This document shows, piece after piece, positions 49,080 through 58,808 of a DNA stretch of 64,000 bases; within the stretch, counting starts at the first letter, position 1, and each line of letters opens with the position of its first letter. The DNA lies in NCBI GenBank assembly GCA_963768055.1, contig CAVYGN010000002.1, positions 320,001 to 384,000 on the forward strand, in the 5' to 3' direction. The notes beneath the pieces were generated by a model. That model ran no database searches. It had not been told where the DNA came from and saw only the letters and a program-made list of their open reading frames with translations. The position numbers and the translations under genes were made by a program. Origin of the DNA: an uncultured Spirochaetota bacterium. GTDB taxonomy: Bacteria > Spirochaetota > Brevinematia > Brevinematales > JAOACQ01.

Positions 49080-49734
49080 GACCATCATCGCCGCAAAGAA
49101 CATAACCAAGATATACAGGACATTATTTGATAATATTACTGTTTTTGAAAATATGAACATCGAAATTATGGAAGGTTCGGCCATCGCGATTATAGGCCAG
49201 AGCGGACGCGGAAAAACCACTATGCTCAATATTTTAAGCGGGCTTGACAGTCCGACCTCCGGGGAAGTAATATTCAATAACAGCAGGATTGATAACATCG
49301 ATGAGGAAAGATTATCCGAATTCAGGAATAAAAATGTAGGTTTTATTTTTCAGCACCATTATTTACTTGAGGATTTCTCGGCACTGGATAACATACTTAT
49401 CCCGCTCAGGATCAAGGGCGTCAACATTGATGAAAGGGTTAAGACATATGCAAGGGACCTTCTGGACAGCGTCGGGCTTCTCAACAGGCAGAACCATTAT
49501 CCAGACCAGCTCAGCGGGGGCGAAAGGCAGAGGGTCGCAATTGTCAGGGCTTTGATCCATGAACCTCTCGTTGTTTTTGCAGACGAACCGACAGGAAGCC
49601 TGGACAAGCGGAACGCGGAAAATATCGAAGGCCTTCTTTGGGACCTGAAGGGGAAATTCAACAAGACTTTTATTATAGCGACCCATAACATGGAAATAGC
49701 CGCCAAATGCGACAGGGTCATAGATCTGGGATAA
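49072..49734 (+). CDS. lolD: lipoprotein-releasing ABC transporter ATPase
   Basis: GQSGRGKTT, LSGGERQRVAI, ADEPTGSLD. Confidence 0.85.
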   Translation: MTRTIIAAKNITKIYRTLFDNITVFENMNIEIMEGSAIAIIGQSGRGKTTMLNILSGLDSPTSGEVIFNNSRIDNIDEERLSEFRNKNVGFIFQHHYLLEDFSALDNILIPLRIKGVNIDERVKTYARDLLDSVGLLNRQNHYPDQLSGGERQRVAIVRALIHEPLVVFADEPTGSLDKRNAENIEGLLWDLKGKFNKTFIIATHNMEIAAKCDRVIDLG

Positions 49735-49759
49735 TTGATCTAATCGTAAGAAGGGGGAG

Positions 49760-50641
49760 ATGGAAATGGGCAATTTTGTTTATGTCAACGGGAAAATCGT
49801 TGAAAGTGAAAAGGCCTCTATATCGGTATTCGATCATGGCCTCTTATATGGGGATGGCGTTTTCGAAGGGATCCGCGCTTACAGCGGTAAAATCTTCAAA
49901 CTGGATGAGCACATCGGTAGGCTCTATAATTCCGCGAAAATTATCATGCTTACGATACCTGTCTCAATGGATGATTTTAAAAAAGCAGTGATCGGTATCT
50001 GCAAGGCCAATAAAATCAGCGACGGATATATCAGGCCGATCGTAACAAGGGGAATAGGCGACCTGGGGCTTGATCCCTGGAAATGTAAAGACCCTTCGAT
50101 AATAATAATAGCCGATAAAATTCAATTATATCCCAAGGAGCTTTATGAAAAGGGAATGCCTGTCGTAACCGTGCCTACCAGGAGAAACTTAAACGAAGCG
50201 GTAAGCCCCATGATTAAATCACTGAATTATCTGAACAATATTATGGCAAAGATCGAGGGTAAAAACTCCGGGGTTGAGGAAGTTATTTTACTGAACAACG
50301 AAGGCTATGTCGCGGAATGTTCCGGGGACAATATATATATGGTAAAGCAGGGTAAAATTTACATGCCCCCCATCGTAGCGGGAGCCCTGCCCGGAATTAC
50401 CAGGGACACTATAGCCGAAATAGCCATGGATTCGGGGCTATCATTAATCGAAAAATTCTTTTCAAGGATGGAGATGTTTGTCGCCGACGAGGTTTTCCTG
50501 AGCGGAACCGGGGCTGAAATCGTTCCGGTGATAATGATCGACGGGAGAACGATAGGTGACGGCAAACCCGGCCCGCTCACCAGGGACCTTGTGAAAAAAT
50601 TCAAAGTCAGGGTCCAGTCAGAAGGGACTCCTATATTGTAA
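49760..50641 (+). CDS. ilvE: branched-chain amino acid aminotransferase
   Basis: YGDGVFEG, IKSLNY, ECSGDN, LPGITR, GTGAE. Confidence 0.95.
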   Translation: MEMGNFVYVNGKIVESEKASISVFDHGLLYGDGVFEGIRAYSGKIFKLDEHIGRLYNSAKIIMLTIPVSMDDFKKAVIGICKANKISDGYIRPIVTRGIGDLGLDPWKCKDPSIIIIADKIQLYPKELYEKGMPVVTVPTRRNLNEAVSPMIKSLNYLNNIMAKIEGKNSGVEEVILLNNEGYVAECSGDNIYMVKQGKIYMPPIVAGALPGITRDTIAEIAMDSGLSLIEKFFSRMEMFVADEVFLSGTGAEIVPVIMIDGRTIGDGKPGPLTRDLVKKFKVRVQSEGTPIL

Positions 50642-50729
50642 CCCCGGTTTAATAGTTATAAAATTCACTTGATTTTTCTAAAAAAATGTGTATAATTCTC
50701 TTTAAGTAGCTCAAGTAAAGGAGGGTCCT

Positions 50730-51719
50730 ATGAAGAGAATTATCGTCGCCCTGATTATTTTACTATCTTGCTCGGCCGGTGTTTTCGCTACTGTTCCACA
50801 AGCTCTTATTAACGAACTTACCAACGAATTGAGCCAGGTTATTTCAAATACCATATATCCGATATCTACCGAGATGGCCAAGCATATGGGTTACTATACG
50901 GGCGACGGCAACGTTTGCCCCGCCGATACGTCCGGGGATTTAAGCATCAAATTCGGCCTGGGCGGCGGAGTCAATCTCGCGCAGGTATTTTTCGATATGT
51001 TTAAAGGTACGAATATATTTACAAATTCCACCCCGAACTCTATGGACGATATCTATACTTCTTTAGATTCCGCTTTTGCGGCCGTCCCTTTCCCCTATGA
51101 CGACGGTTATTTCAAACTCGGGATCCCGGGGATGCCGATGGATGTCGGCCTGAGGCTGGGCGTTATACCTCTGACCAAAATACCCCTCGGGACCGGTTCG
51201 ACTATTACTTTCCAAGAATTTCATATAGGCGGCGAGGCCAGGTACGTGCTCTTTGATTTCATGAACCTGCTCAAAATCGACGGGCGCCTGTCGGTCGATT
51301 ACGACGGGGGCGACATCGAATATGCGGCCACAAACTCCGATGTAGCTTCGACTAACGGCTCTCAGATAGGGACTAACAATTATAACATGGATTTCAATTA
51401 CCAGTGGGGCGGCGTTTCCATCGGCACCAAGGTAATTGCCGGGCTCAATATTCCCTATTTCAGCCCTTTCGCAGGTGTAGGGTTTAATTTAAACTTCGGA
51501 AGGGTTACAACATCCATGACCCTGAACGACACTCTGGTGGTCGACGGAGGGGGAAATTATAGCCTGCCCCCGCTAGTAGGGAGCGCTCCACAAAATTATA
51601 ATCTTTTCGATATGAGGCTTATCGCCGGAGTAAAGATATTTATCATTAATTTTGCGGCTGAATACGGAGTCATTAACCAGGACTGGGATTTCACGGCCCA
51701 ATTTTCATTCGCATTTTAA
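50730..51719 (+). CDS. putative outer-membrane beta-barrel protein
   Basis: Signal peptide, amphipathic strands, terminal Phe. Confidence 0.65.
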   Translation: MKRIIVALIILLSCSAGVFATVPQALINELTNELSQVISNTIYPISTEMAKHMGYYTGDGNVCPADTSGDLSIKFGLGGGVNLAQVFFDMFKGTNIFTNSTPNSMDDIYTSLDSAFAAVPFPYDDGYFKLGIPGMPMDVGLRLGVIPLTKIPLGTGSTITFQEFHIGGEARYVLFDFMNLLKIDGRLSVDYDGGDIEYAATNSDVASTNGSQIGTNNYNMDFNYQWGGVSIGTKVIAGLNIPYFSPFAGVGFNLNFGRVTTSMTLNDTLVVDGGGNYSLPPLVGSAPQNYNLFDMRLIAGVKIFIINFAAEYGVINQDWDFTAQFSFAF

Positions 51720-51730
51720 CCTTCCAGGAT

Positions 51731-51765
51731 AAAAGGGCTGTCCCGAAAGGGCGGCCCTTTTTTTT
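51731..51765 (+). terminator. intrinsic terminator
   Basis: AAAAGGGCTGTCC-cgaaa-GGGCGGCCC followed by T8. Confidence 0.85.
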
Positions 51766-51855
51766 CATATCCTCATCAAAACAGAATTCTTTTAGGGTCT
51801 ATTTACGAAAATTCTATTCTTTGCTATATTTGTATTAGCTTTAGAGGAGATGTTC

Positions 51856-52899
51856 ATGGAAAGATTGATTGATGAAGCTACTACGGCGATATTAAAGGAT
51901 TCGTTCGAGAAAACCCTCACAAGGGACGTGGATATCAAGATGTACTCTTCCCAGCAGGGACAGTTCGCGGAATTTACCGCTGAATTTTTAAGGGAATTGG
52001 CACTGATCTCCGACAAGGTAAAGGTTGATATTTACAGCGCCGAGGAAGGCAGGAAGAAGGGTCATTCCACCGATCCGTACCTGGTATTCGGAGAGGGTCT
52101 GGGCTACCGCATATTTTTTAACGGAACACCGGCAGGCCATGAAGCCAACACGCTGATCGAAATATTAAAAATGGTATCGACAGGGGAACCCGGTCTTTCA
52201 AGCGATACCCTGGAGGCAGTAAAGATGCTTGACAAACCTGTCAAGCTCCAGACTTTTGTAACGACAACCTGTCCCTTCTGCCCGCAGGCGGCAACTCTCG
52301 CTAACAGGTTCGCAGTCGCGAACGCCGGACTTGTAACCTCGGAGGTGATAGAAGCCGAGGAAAACATGGGTATTTCCCAGGACCTCAACATATCGTCAGT
52401 CCCCGTGCAGGTCATTAATGACGACAGGGCGGCAGGCATGCTCGGAGTGCAGCCCGAATCGAAATTATTAATGGAAGTGCTCAAGCATGGATCGAATTCT
52501 TATCAGGAAATATTCGAAGCCCGGGAAAGGATAAGAAAAGAGGCAATGGTGCTGCATGACAATCCTGAAGGCATAGTTATGCTTGGGGATTCCAATTTTA
52601 ATGAGGCTGTAAAAAGATATCCGAAGCTCGTGGTAGACTGCTGGGCCGAGTGGTGCGCCCCATGCAAGATCATGGAACCGGTAATAAAAGAACTTTCGCG
52701 GGAATATTCAGGCAGGGTGGTTTACGCCAAGTTAAATGTCGATGAAAACCCTCAAATATCCGCCGAGTACCAGATTACATCCATCCCTACAATTCTCATT
52801 TTCAATAACGGGATAATATCCTCTTCACTCCTCGGGGCGCAGCCCAAACAGACCCTTGAGGACGAGATCGGCAAGGCGCTTAAACTTATAGTTATTTAA
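51856..52899 (+). CDS. protein-disulfide oxidoreductase (AhpF-NTD/PDO-like) fused to thioredoxin
   Basis: G.PAGHE, CPFC, VSSVP-like ISSVP, then WAEWCAPC. Confidence 0.85.
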   Translation: MERLIDEATTAILKDSFEKTLTRDVDIKMYSSQQGQFAEFTAEFLRELALISDKVKVDIYSAEEGRKKGHSTDPYLVFGEGLGYRIFFNGTPAGHEANTLIEILKMVSTGEPGLSSDTLEAVKMLDKPVKLQTFVTTTCPFCPQAATLANRFAVANAGLVTSEVIEAEENMGISQDLNISSVPVQVINDDRAAGMLGVQPESKLLMEVLKHGSNSYQEIFEARERIRKEAMVLHDNPEGIVMLGDSNFNEAVKRYPKLVVDCWAEWCAPCKIMEPVIKELSREYSGRVVYAKLNVDENPQISAEYQITSIPTILIFNNGIISSSLLGAQPKQTLEDEIGKALKLIVI

Positions 52900-53860
52900 C
52901 GGCTTTCAGGCATTTAACCATGTGAGAGTTATTAATATAAACTTCCGGGCTTGCATTTTCCAGACATTCTTTTTCAAATTTTTCACAGGATTGGGAAAAA
53001 GCGCAGCCTTTTAACAGAGGCCGTCTATCTATTTCGTCCTCAAAAACTATCCTTTTGCGTTTGATTTTTGGATCGGGGATCGGGATGGCGGATAAAAGTG
53101 AAATCGTATAAGGATGGACCGGGTTTTGAAAAAGTTCATCCGTCGGCGCCATTTCAACGATCTGACCCGAATACATGACCGCTATGATATGAGAGATGAG
53201 TTTAACTACTGCCAGGTCATGGGCAATAAAAAGATACGTCAAATTCATTTCTTTCTGAAAATCCATCAGAAGGTTCATTATCTGCGCCTGGATGGAAACA
53301 TCCAGGGATGAAACAGGCTCGTCGCATATTATAAAAGATGGGGAAAGGGCCAGCGCCCTCGCAATAGCTATCCTCTGCCTCTGGCCTCCGGAAAACTCAT
53401 GGGGATACCTGTAAATAATATCCGGTGCGAGCCCCACTTTTTGAATGAGCGCACTCACCCTGCCGGCCATCTCCTGCCTTGATTTCACCATCCTGTGAAT
53501 GGCAAGGCCCTCACCGACGATATCCAGAACTACGCGCCGGGGGTTTAGCGAGGAATACGGATCCTGGAAGACTATCTGCATATTTTGCCTTATTGCCCTC
53601 AAATCGCCGGCTTTTAAACCGAAAATATCCCTGCCCTCGAACAGGACGCTGCCCGAGGTCGCTTCCAGCAGTCTTAATACGCATCTTGACACGGTAGTTT
53701 TGCCGCATCCCGACTCGCCGACAAGGCCGAGAGTCATGCCCTTTTCAATACTGAAAGAAACATCGTCAACAGCGGCTAAATACCTTTTTCTACCGGTTAA
53801 TTTATCCGGACTGATTTTAAAATATTTTTTAAGATTTCTTACATCGACCAGTTTGTTCAT
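52892..53860 (-). CDS. oppF: peptide ABC transporter ATPase (OppF/DppF-like)
   Basis: GESGCGKT, FSGGQRQR, C-terminal Cys cluster. Confidence 0.9.
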   Translation of the reverse strand: MNKLVDVRNLKKYFKISPDKLTGRKRYLAAVDDVSFSIEKGMTLGLVGESGCGKTTVSRCVLRLLEATSGSVLFEGRDIFGLKAGDLRAIRQNMQIVFQDPYSSLNPRRVVLDIVGEGLAIHRMVKSRQEMAGRVSALIQKVGLAPDIIYRYPHEFSGGQRQRIAIARALALSPSFIICDEPVSSLDVSIQAQIMNLLMDFQKEMNLTYLFIAHDLAVVKLISHIIAVMYSGQIVEMAPTDELFQNPVHPYTISLLSAIPIPDPKIKRKRIVFEDEIDRRPLLKGCAFSQSCEKFEKECLENASPEVYINNSHMVKCLKAVK

Positions 53861-53868
53861 GCCGCCTC

Positions 53869-54834
53869 CTAATATAGCCAGCAGGCTGTAGAACAGCCGG
53901 CCCCGACTTCCCTCGTTTCAGGAAATTTTTCCCTGCAGACCGGCATTACATAGGGACAGCGCGGGTGAAAAGTGCATCCGGCAGGAAGATCTGAGGGGTC
54001 CGGAATATTACCCGGTATTGCATAAAGCCTCCCTTTGGCTTTAGGGTTGGGCACTGATTTTATCAGGCCCATTGTATAAGGATGAAGGGGTTTTTCAAAA
54101 AGATCCAGCACGGGAGATTGTTCGATGATCTTACCGGTGTACATGACGGCTACTCTCCCGCAGACCTGGGCTACGATGCCTAAATTATGAGTGATCAGGA
54201 GCATCGACATTCCCAGTTCTTCCTGCAGGTCTTTAAGAAGATCGAGGATCTGCGCCTGAATCGTTACATCGAGGGCTGTCGTGGGTTCATCGGCTATCAG
54301 GAGCTCCGGAGACAGGATCAGAGCCATCGCGATCATAGCGCGCTGCCTCATGCCCCCCGACAATTCATGCGGAAAAGACTCGATCACCCTTTCAGGATCT
54401 TTCAGGCCTACATGGCCGAAAATACCTGCAGCCTTATCATGCATTTCATTAATGCCGCCCTTCTTATCGTGTATTAATAACACTTCTTCAACCTGTTTTC
54501 CGATCCGCTGAACAGGGTTGAAGCTTGTCAGAGGTTCCTGGAAGATCATGCTGATCTGAGACCCCCTTATATTCCTCATTTCTTCGATTGGAAGCCCGAG
54601 AAGGTCCCTTCCCTTCCAGAAAATACCATCGCCTGAAATCGCCCCGGGCGGCGAAGGAATCAGCCTCAATATCGATAGGGCGGTAGTGCTCTTTCCGCAG
54701 CCCGATTCTCCGACAAGGCCGAGAACTTCGCCTTTTGATATTGAGAGCGTTACTTCGCTGACAGCCCTGACCGGAAAACCGCCCGTTTCGAAGGTAACGG
54801 AAAGGTTCTTGATTTGAAGTATATTATCTGCCAT
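53869..54834 (-). CDS. oppD: peptide ABC transporter ATPase (OppD/DppD-like)
   Basis: GESGCGKS, LSGGMRQR, DEPTTALDVT, GCTFHPRC. Confidence 0.9.
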   Translation of the reverse strand: MADNILQIKNLSVTFETGGFPVRAVSEVTLSISKGEVLGLVGESGCGKSTTALSILRLIPSPPGAISGDGIFWKGRDLLGLPIEEMRNIRGSQISMIFQEPLTSFNPVQRIGKQVEEVLLIHDKKGGINEMHDKAAGIFGHVGLKDPERVIESFPHELSGGMRQRAMIAMALILSPELLIADEPTTALDVTIQAQILDLLKDLQEELGMSMLLITHNLGIVAQVCGRVAVMYTGKIIEQSPVLDLFEKPLHPYTMGLIKSVPNPKAKGRLYAIPGNIPDPSDLPAGCTFHPRCPYVMPVCREKFPETREVGAGCSTACWLY

Positions 54835-54852
54835 TAATTACCACCATTATTA

Positions 54853-55890
54853 TTACTCGATTTTATAGTATTCCTTGGGATCGAAGGCGTCCCTTACTCC
54901 CTCGCCGACAAATGCTGTGAGCAGAAGGATTAAAAACAAAAACACCGCCGGGAAGATGGACAGCCAGTAAGAGAAAAGATTGCCCAGGCCCTGGTGAAGA
55001 AGCTCTCCAATGCTGGGGGTCGGAGCCGGAAGGCCGAACCCGAGAAAATCGAGGGCTGAAAGTGAAAAAATAGCGCCGATCAGCGTGAAAGGAAAAAACG
55101 TGACAATGGGCGTCAGCGCGTTGGGAAGTATATGCCTGAACATTATAACTACGTTTCCCGCACCCAGCGCCTTCGATGCTTCTACAAACGGCATTTCACG
55201 CAATTTAAAAAATTCCGATCTGAGATAATAAGATATATCTATCCACTCGAAAATAGTGAACACTATAAGCAGTATCACAAAACTCTGACCGAGCGAGCTC
55301 CCCAGAATTATGACTATGTAGAGAAAAGGCAGGGCTGAGATTATTTCAATGAACCTCTGCATCGCAAGGTCGAAAATCCCCCCGTAAAACCCCTGGATCG
55401 ATCCGATTACAGTACCAAGCGCCATACTCGAGAATGTGATAAGGAGGGCAAAACTGAAACTGATCCTGAAACCGTAGAGAAGGCGTGTAAGAATGTCCCT
55501 TCCCCGGTCGTCGGTCCCCATTATGTTTTGCCAGGTGGGGGGAGTCGGCGGGTTGCCGGGCAAAGTAAGAAGAGATTCGTTGTATCCGTAAGGTATCAAG
55601 GGGAAAATAATAAAGTTGCCTTTATCTTTTTTAAATTCCTGGCTCGAGTTTATAGATTTATAATCGGGGACATCGGTCGCTTTAAGTCCGAAATTATCCC
55701 CCCTGTAAAACCTGAATACAGGGAAAAACAATTTGCCCTTGTAGGAAACAGCCAGGGGCTGGTCATTGGCTATAAAATCGGCAAACAGCGATATAATAAA
55801 AAGCACCGAGAGGATTATAAATGAATAATAAGCACGCTTCATCCTGACAAAATTCTTAAGTCTTTTTTTTGTTATCGGCGACAGGGTCAT
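54853..55890 (-). CDS. peptide ABC permease (YejE/OppC-like)
   Basis: GTDDRGRD, EASKALG, RHILPNA, GEGVRDAFDP. Confidence 0.9.
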   Translation of the reverse strand: MTLSPITKKRLKNFVRMKRAYYSFIILSVLFIISLFADFIANDQPLAVSYKGKLFFPVFRFYRGDNFGLKATDVPDYKSINSSQEFKKDKGNFIIFPLIPYGYNESLLTLPGNPPTPPTWQNIMGTDDRGRDILTRLLYGFRISFSFALLITFSSMALGTVIGSIQGFYGGIFDLAMQRFIEIISALPFLYIVIILGSSLGQSFVILLIVFTIFEWIDISYYLRSEFFKLREMPFVEASKALGAGNVVIMFRHILPNALTPIVTFFPFTLIGAIFSLSALDFLGFGLPAPTPSIGELLHQGLGNLFSYWLSIFPAVFLFLILLLTAFVGEGVRDAFDPKEYYKIE

Positions 55891-56915
55891 GCGGACCTCC
55901 CGCCGAACCTTATTCTGGGGTCGACAAGCACCAGGCAGAAATCCGATATGATCCTCCCGACCAGGAAAAGAAGGCTCGATATAACTATTATTCCAAGAGC
56001 AACAGGATAGTCCCTGTTGACAATGGACTCATACCCCAGAAGGCCCATCCCGTCAATCGTGAAAATTGTTTCAATGAATATCGAACCGGACAGCACGACG
56101 CCTATAATAGTCCCGATATTTGTCGCTATAGGGATCAGTGCATTCCGCAGCGCATGTTTTAATACGGCCTGATCGTAGGACAATCCTTTTGCAAGCGCCG
56201 TCCTCATATAATCCTGGCTCAATTGCTCCATCATTGAATTCTTCATGAGAAGCGAAAGCGCGGCGAAGTTCCCGATAGTATAGCACAGGACCGGCAGGAA
56301 CATATGGGAAATAAAATCCCAGATCTTTGAAAAAAACGGAAGCTGGTCAAAATTGTCGGAAACGAAACCGCTTATCGGAAATATATTAAGGAAACTCCCT
56401 CCCCCGAAAAGTACTATGAGAACTACACCCAGTGCAAAAGGAGGGATGGAATATCCTGTGAAAATCAGGACGCTTGAAACCTGGTCGAACGTCTGCCTGT
56501 TCGAAAGGGCCTTTTTTATGCCCAGGGGAATGCAGATGAGGTATGTAAGCAGGATGCTGGTAATTCCGAAAGTCAGGCTGACCGGCAGGCGGCTGAAAAT
56601 CACATCGGTTACGGGTTTTTCATATGTGTAAGACACGCCAAGGTCGAACTGAACAAGCTTTCCAAGCCAGTTGATATAGCGGACAAGGACAGGCTTGTCG
56701 AAGCCGTAATATCTCTTTATATTTTCCAGCTCCTCCTGAGTCATCGTGGACTGCAGGCTGCCCTGTCCCGATTCCTGCTGGGCCTTTTTTATTTTTTGAA
56801 GGGCCTGTTCGATCGGCCCTCCCGGTACAGCCTGCATTATAAAGAAACAGGCGACGGTTATGCCGAAAAGTGTCGGGAAGATCAGCAGGAAGCGCTTGAT
56901 AAAATATGAACCCAT
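55887..56915 (-). CDS. peptide ABC permease (YejB/OppB-like)
   Basis: PGGPIEQ, YGFDKP, TALAKGL, HALRNA, DPRI. Confidence 0.9.
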   Translation of the reverse strand: MGSYFIKRFLLIFPTLFGITVACFFIMQAVPGGPIEQALQKIKKAQQESGQGSLQSTMTQEELENIKRYYGFDKPVLVRYINWLGKLVQFDLGVSYTYEKPVTDVIFSRLPVSLTFGITSILLTYLICIPLGIKKALSNRQTFDQVSSVLIFTGYSIPPFALGVVLIVLFGGGSFLNIFPISGFVSDNFDQLPFFSKIWDFISHMFLPVLCYTIGNFAALSLLMKNSMMEQLSQDYMRTALAKGLSYDQAVLKHALRNALIPIATNIGTIIGVVLSGSIFIETIFTIDGMGLLGYESIVNRDYPVALGIIVISSLLFLVGRIISDFCLVLVDPRIRFGGRSA

Positions 56916-56930
56916 TTGAATCCGTCCTCA

Positions 56931-58670
56931 TTATTTTCCAGTAAACTTATCGTAATACACATCAGTAGGTTCAGAGGGAAGAGCAGCGCCGCTTTTCTCG
57001 GCCTCATCCAGCTTTTTAACTTTTGCCGGATCATACCACCAGTAGCATATGATTTCGCTGTCTACATAGAAAACTCCTGCGAAGGTTCCATACTTCGAGA
57101 CATAGGTTTTAGGGTGGCCGAAAACGTTTTTATAGAACACCATGTCAAAGTTCGGCCGCCAGAAAAGTATCCATGGGACGTCGGAGTATATTATCGAATC
57201 TATCCGCCTGATTATTTTTGTTCTTTCACCCGTGTCAAAAATAGACGGAAGGGAGTCTATAAGCGCATCGACCCTGGGATTTTTATATCCGGGATAGTTG
57301 TTCCCGTTGAGTTCATCCGCATGCCGCGAGTGCCACAACTGCTCGGGATCTTCAAAAACCACGCCTGAAAATCCCATCCTGACCGCGTCGAACTTGTATT
57401 CGTCCATCCTTTTTGTCATAGTTGCAACCGATGTAAGGTCGAGATCGACCTTTACTCCCGCCTCTTTGCAGGACTGGGCGTATATCGTAAGATATTTTTC
57501 AATATCCTCGTTTATAACTGAAAGTATAGAAAATTCCAGCCTTTCACCCCGGCTGTTTACAAGATAGCCGTCCTTGTCGAGCTTATTGTACCCTGCTTCC
57601 GCAAGAAGTTTCTTGGCCCCTTCAGGATCGTACAGTACGGCGGGATTTTGGCTTATATCCGGGAAATATGAATTAAGCGGCTCAGCCATGCCGTAAAGCA
57701 GCTTGTCGATAATGGTTTTCCTGTCCAGGAGCATAAAAAGGGCCTTCCGGACCCTGACATCCCTGAAAACAGGTTTTCTTATATTAAGAGCCAGTCCGAC
57801 GAAAATTTTCGGCTTATGGTTGTATATCTTCTGTTTTACTATCCAGTTTTTTACGAATTTATCCGAACCGGTCTCGGTTACCCAGTGTCTCGGGGTCAAC
57901 TGATTATTACCGGAAAAAATGTCGAAATCGCCTTTTTTGAATGCCTCGAAGGCCACATCGTTTTCTCTGATGACTTTAAAGATTATTTTATCGAAATTGA
58001 ACATATGGGCCCTGTTGGGAAGAACATCCGCCCAGTAATCCTTTCTTCGCGTCAGGACATAACCCCTCCCGTCCTTTACATCCGTAAGGGCGTAAGGGCC
58101 GCTTGACCCGGGAAGCTCCATGTTGAAGCTTTTATTAAAATCCTTTCCTTGGTAAAGGTGCCTGGGCAATATATTCATTCCTGCAAGGGTTACGAAATTA
58201 AGGTAATTTACGTTTTTCGACTTAAACCGGATAGTATTTTTACCTGTAATTACCGGTTCGTCAAAGCGTATGAAAAAGAGCCTCTGGACCGATGTAAGGT
58301 TATGGGGATCCATTATAACATCATAGGTAAAACTGACGTCTTCCGCCGTTATGGGCTGTCCGTCGGACCACTTTGCCCTCGGATCGATCGTGAAGGTAAA
58401 GGTCTTTTTATCGGGCGATATATTCCAGGAATCCGCTATCAACGGCTCGAATTCAAGGGTATCGGGATTCAGGTCCAGCAAGGAATCGTAAATAAGCTGC
58501 GTCACCTGGTCGACATCGACTTCGTTGTTAATAAAAGAATTGAACGATTCGGGAAACTCCGGCGTATGCAGTGTGAGAACTCCTCCCCTGACCGCAGCCG
58601 GATCGCCCCCTTCGGCCCACAATGAAACCGCCAGGATAAACGGTATTATCGATATTAAAATTTTTTTCAC
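56931..58670 (-). CDS. peptide ABC substrate-binding protein (family 5, YejA-like), copy 2
   Basis: AKWSDGQPITAEDV signature; GTG start at 58670 after GGAGG. Confidence 0.9.
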   Translation of the reverse strand: MKKILISIIPFILAVSLWAEGGDPAAVRGGVLTLHTPEFPESFNSFINNEVDVDQVTQLIYDSLLDLNPDTLEFEPLIADSWNISPDKKTFTFTIDPRAKWSDGQPITAEDVSFTYDVIMDPHNLTSVQRLFFIRFDEPVITGKNTIRFKSKNVNYLNFVTLAGMNILPRHLYQGKDFNKSFNMELPGSSGPYALTDVKDGRGYVLTRRKDYWADVLPNRAHMFNFDKIIFKVIRENDVAFEAFKKGDFDIFSGNNQLTPRHWVTETGSDKFVKNWIVKQKIYNHKPKIFVGLALNIRKPVFRDVRVRKALFMLLDRKTIIDKLLYGMAEPLNSYFPDISQNPAVLYDPEGAKKLLAEAGYNKLDKDGYLVNSRGERLEFSILSVINEDIEKYLTIYAQSCKEAGVKVDLDLTSVATMTKRMDEYKFDAVRMGFSGVVFEDPEQLWHSRHADELNGNNYPGYKNPRVDALIDSLPSIFDTGERTKIIRRIDSIIYSDVPWILFWRPNFDMVFYKNVFGHPKTYVSKYGTFAGVFYVDSEIICYWWYDPAKVKKLDEAEKSGAALPSEPTDVYYDKFTGK

Positions 58671-58712
58671 GGCCAAATTTCCTCCCCGAGATGTTATTAT
58701 ATAATTATACAC

Positions 58713-58807
58713 TGTCATTTCGAGCGTAGCGAGAAATCTTCCTTTCGAGCATAACGTTTATCCTGCCCAGGGGAAGATTTCTCGTCACTACGCTCCTCGA
58801 AATGACA
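58713..58807. repeat. REP-like palindrome between the tandem binding-protein genes
   Basis: TGTCATTTCGAGCGTAGCGAGAAATCTT...AAGATTTCTCGTCACTACGCTCCTCGAAATGACA. Confidence 0.75.
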
Positions 58808-58808
58808 T

